Shown: piece after piece, positions 61,085-64,000 of the stretch
Numbering within the stretch: the stretch's first letter is position 1
Layout of the letters: each line of letters starts with the position of its first letter
Assembly: GCA_026770705.1 (NCBI GenBank)
Contig: JANJGN010000013.1
Location: 57,536,001-57,600,000, forward strand
Source of the DNA: Isurus oxyrinchus
Lineage: Eukaryota
Reading direction: 5' to 3'
Length of the DNA: 64,000 bases
Notes under the pieces: model-generated
The model's database searches: none
Told to the model about the DNA's origin: nothing
The model's input: the letters and a program-made list of their open reading frames with translations, nothing else
Position numbers and translations under genes: made by a program

Positions 61085-63450
61085 CAGTAGTTTCCTAGAA
61101 CAATATGTTGTGTATCCAACCAAGGATCAGCCTTTTCTGGATCTGGTAATGTATAATGGGGCATGTTTAATAAATGATTTCAGAGCAAAGGATCCCCTAG
61201 AAAACAATGACCATAACATGGTGGAATTAAGCATTCAGTTTTAGAGTGAGAAACTTAGGTCAGAAACATCTGTGCTTAAATAAGGGTGATTACAAAGAAA
61301 TGAGGGCAGTGTTGCTGGAGTGGACTGGGAAAGGAATTTAGCAGAAAAGACGGTTGATGAACAATGGCAGATGTTTAAGAAAATAGTTCATGACTTACAA
61401 CAAAGATATATCCCAATGAGGAAGAAGGATTTTAGGAGGGGGTAAACCATGATTAACCAAGGAACTTAAGGACAGTACCAAAGTGAAAGAAAAAACATAC
61501 ATTGTGGCAAAGATTAGTGGTAAGCCAGGGGATTGGGAAAGTTTTAAAAACCAATGGAAGATGACCAAAAAGTAATAAAGAGGGAGAAGATAAACTTTGA
61601 GGATAAACTAACAAGTTATATAAAAATGGACAGTGAGAGCTTCTTTAAATATGTAAAAGGGAGACGAGAGGCAAATGTCAATATAGGCCCCTTAGAGAAT
61701 GAGGCTGAGGAAATAATAATGGAGAACCGGGAAACAGCAGATGAGTTGAATAAATGCTTTGTATCAATCTTCATGGTAGAAGACACTAATAGCATACCAA
61801 AAATACTATTTTTTTGTGGGGAGGAGGCAGTGGTGTAGTGCTATTGTCACTAGACTGGTAATCCAGAGACCCAGGTTAATTCTCTGAGGGACTTGCATTC
61901 AAATCCCACCATAGCAGATGGTGGAATTTGAGTCCAACAGAACTCTGGAATTCAAAGTCTAATGATGACTGTGAAACCATTGCAGATTGTCATAAAAACC
62001 CATCTGTTTCACTAATGTCCATTAGGGAAGGACCTGCTGCCCTTACTTGGCCTGGTCTACATGTGACTCCAGACCCACAGCAATGCAGCTGACTCTTAAA
62101 ATTCCCTTTGAGCAAGGGTAATTGGGGATGGGCAATGCTGGCTAAGCCAGTGATGCCCACATCCAATAAATAATCAAGCAGAGTCAGCTATGCTTCATGA
62201 AGGGGATCTTGTGCCTGACAAATTTATTAGAATTTTTGAGGAGGTAACAAGCAGGATAGATAAAGAGGAACAAGTAGATGTAATATATTTGGATTTTCAA
62301 AAGGCGTTCGATAAGGTACCACACATAAGGCTACTTAATAAGATAAGAGCCTGTGGTGTTGGGGGTAGTTTATTAGCATGGATAGAGGACTAGCTAACTA
62401 ATAGATGATAGAGAGATGGGAAACAGGGGGCATTTTCAGGATGGCAACCTGTAACTAGTGGAGTGCCACAGGGATCAGTGCTGGGGCCAAAATTATTTAC
62501 AATACACATTAATGATTTGGATGAGGGAAATGAATGAACTATCGCCAGGTTTGTAGACGACACAAAAATAGGTGGGAAGGCAAGTGGTGAGGATGACACA
62601 AAGAACATACAGGGGGGTATGGACACGTTAAGTGAGTGGGCAAAAATGTGGCTGATGGAATATAATGTGGGAAAGTGTGAAGTTATGCACTTTGGCAGGA
62701 AGAAAAGAGGAATATTATTTAAACAGAGGAAGACTGATGAAAGCTGCAGCATAGAGGGATTTGGGAGTCCTCGTACATGGATCACAGGAAGCTAGCATAC
62801 AAGTTCAGCAGGTAATAGGTAAGACAAATGGAACATTGGCCTTTATTTCAAAGGGAATGGAATATAAAAATAGGGGGAAGTCTTGCTAAAACTATACAAG
62901 GCACGAGTTAGACCACACCCAGAATACAGGAAAGATATACTGGCATTGGAGGCAGTCCAGAGAAGGTTTGCTAGGTTGATTCCAGGTATAGAGGGATTTT
63001 CTTATGAGGAGAGGTTGAGTCGGTTGGGTCTGTACTCATTGGAGTTTAGAAGAATGAGAGGTGATCTTATTGAAACATATAAGATTCTTAGGGGGATTGA
63101 CAGGGTAGATGCTGAGATGTTGTTTCCCCTTGTGGAAGAGTCTAGGACCAGAGGGCATAATCTCAGATTAAGGGTGTGCCCATTTAAAACAGAGCTGAGG
63201 AATTTCTTCTCTCAGAGGGCAGTCAACCTGTGGAATTCTTTAATGCAGAGGCCTGTAAGTGCTGGGTGGTTAAGAATATTACAGGCTGAGTTAGACAGAT
63301 TTTTAATCAGTAAAGGAATCAAGGGATATGGGGAAAAGGCAGGAAAGTGGAGTTGAGGATTATCAGATCAGCCATGATCTCATTGAATAGTGGAGCAGAC
63401 TCAATGGGCTGAATGGCCTACTTCTGCTCCTACGTCTTATGGTCTTAAAT
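61085..63450 (+). mobile_element. CR1 LINE fragment with a nested SINE
   Basis: YLDFQKAFDKVPH; LGLYSLEFRRMRGDLIETYKIL; CR1 tail. Confidence 0.9.
61824..62170 (+). mobile_element. tRNA-derived SINE
   Basis: ggcagtggtgtagtg…ttcaaatcccacc…gatgcccacatcc. Confidence 0.85.
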
Positions 63451-64000
63451 TAACCAAACATGATTTCCCTTTCTCAAAACCATGTTCACTCTGACTGATC
63501 ATATTACGATTTTCTAAATATCCTGCTATTACCTCCTTAATAATGGATTCAAGCATTTTCCCAGACGGTTGATGGGCTAACTGGCCTATAATTTTCAGCT
63601 TCCTGTCTTCCTCCATTCTTGAATACAGGTGTTACATCTGCAGCTTTCTAACCCACTGGAACCTTTCCAGAATCCAGGGAATTTTGGAAGATTGCAACCA
63701 ATATACCTACCATCTGTGTGGCCATTTCTTTTAAGATGCTAGGATGCAAGCTGCCAGGTCTCGGGGACTTGTCAACCTTTAATCCCAATAGTTTTTCCAG
63801 AACCTTTTCCATAATGATTGTGATTGTTTGAAGTTCTTATGTCCTTTTTATCTCTTGATTTTCAACTATTGTTAGAATGCTTTTTGCATCTTCTACTTTG
63901 AAGACTGATATAAAATAGCTGTTCAATATTTCTGCCATTTCTTTATTTCCCTACCCTCACCTTCCAAGGGACCAACCCTCACTTTAGCTACTCTTTTTCT
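63450..64000 (-). mobile_element. CR1 LINE fragment
   Basis: Reverse complement of the CR1 pre-RT region (catgatttccctttc…; gttgacaagtccccgagacctg). Confidence 0.8.

Overview
Eukaryotic, repeat-dense vertebrate DNA, most likely a cartilaginous fish (shark). This is inferred from the mix of CR1/L2/RTE LINEs, Penelope-like elements and tRNA-derived SINEs. Most of the window is decayed mobile elements. Main features: (1) A ~16.6 kb degraded LTR retroelement or endogenous retrovirus at 5557-22126 with a CTCA target-site duplication, ~1.55 kb LTRs, a tRNA-Trp-like PBS, a gag zinc knuckle, protease, integrase tail and an env-like transmembrane remnant, heavily invaded by younger elements. (2) Penelope-like elements (RT + GIY-YIG) with hammerhead-ribozyme motifs, including two tiny hairpin-only insertions with 13-14 bp TSDs. 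(3) One apparent host gene on the minus strand (46905 to 40977): a four-exon, single-IgV type I membrane receptor resembling the PD-1/CD28H family. Its leader appears fused to the V exon, and its three ITIM/ITSM-like tail motifs all appear disabled (one Y>H, two behind an in-frame TAA). (4) A decayed Harbinger transposon and a MITE. (5) A CR1-clade LINE that seems to carry the tRNA-SINE head as its own 5' end. All calls were made by eye without database searches, and repeat boundaries are approximate unless a TSD is given.
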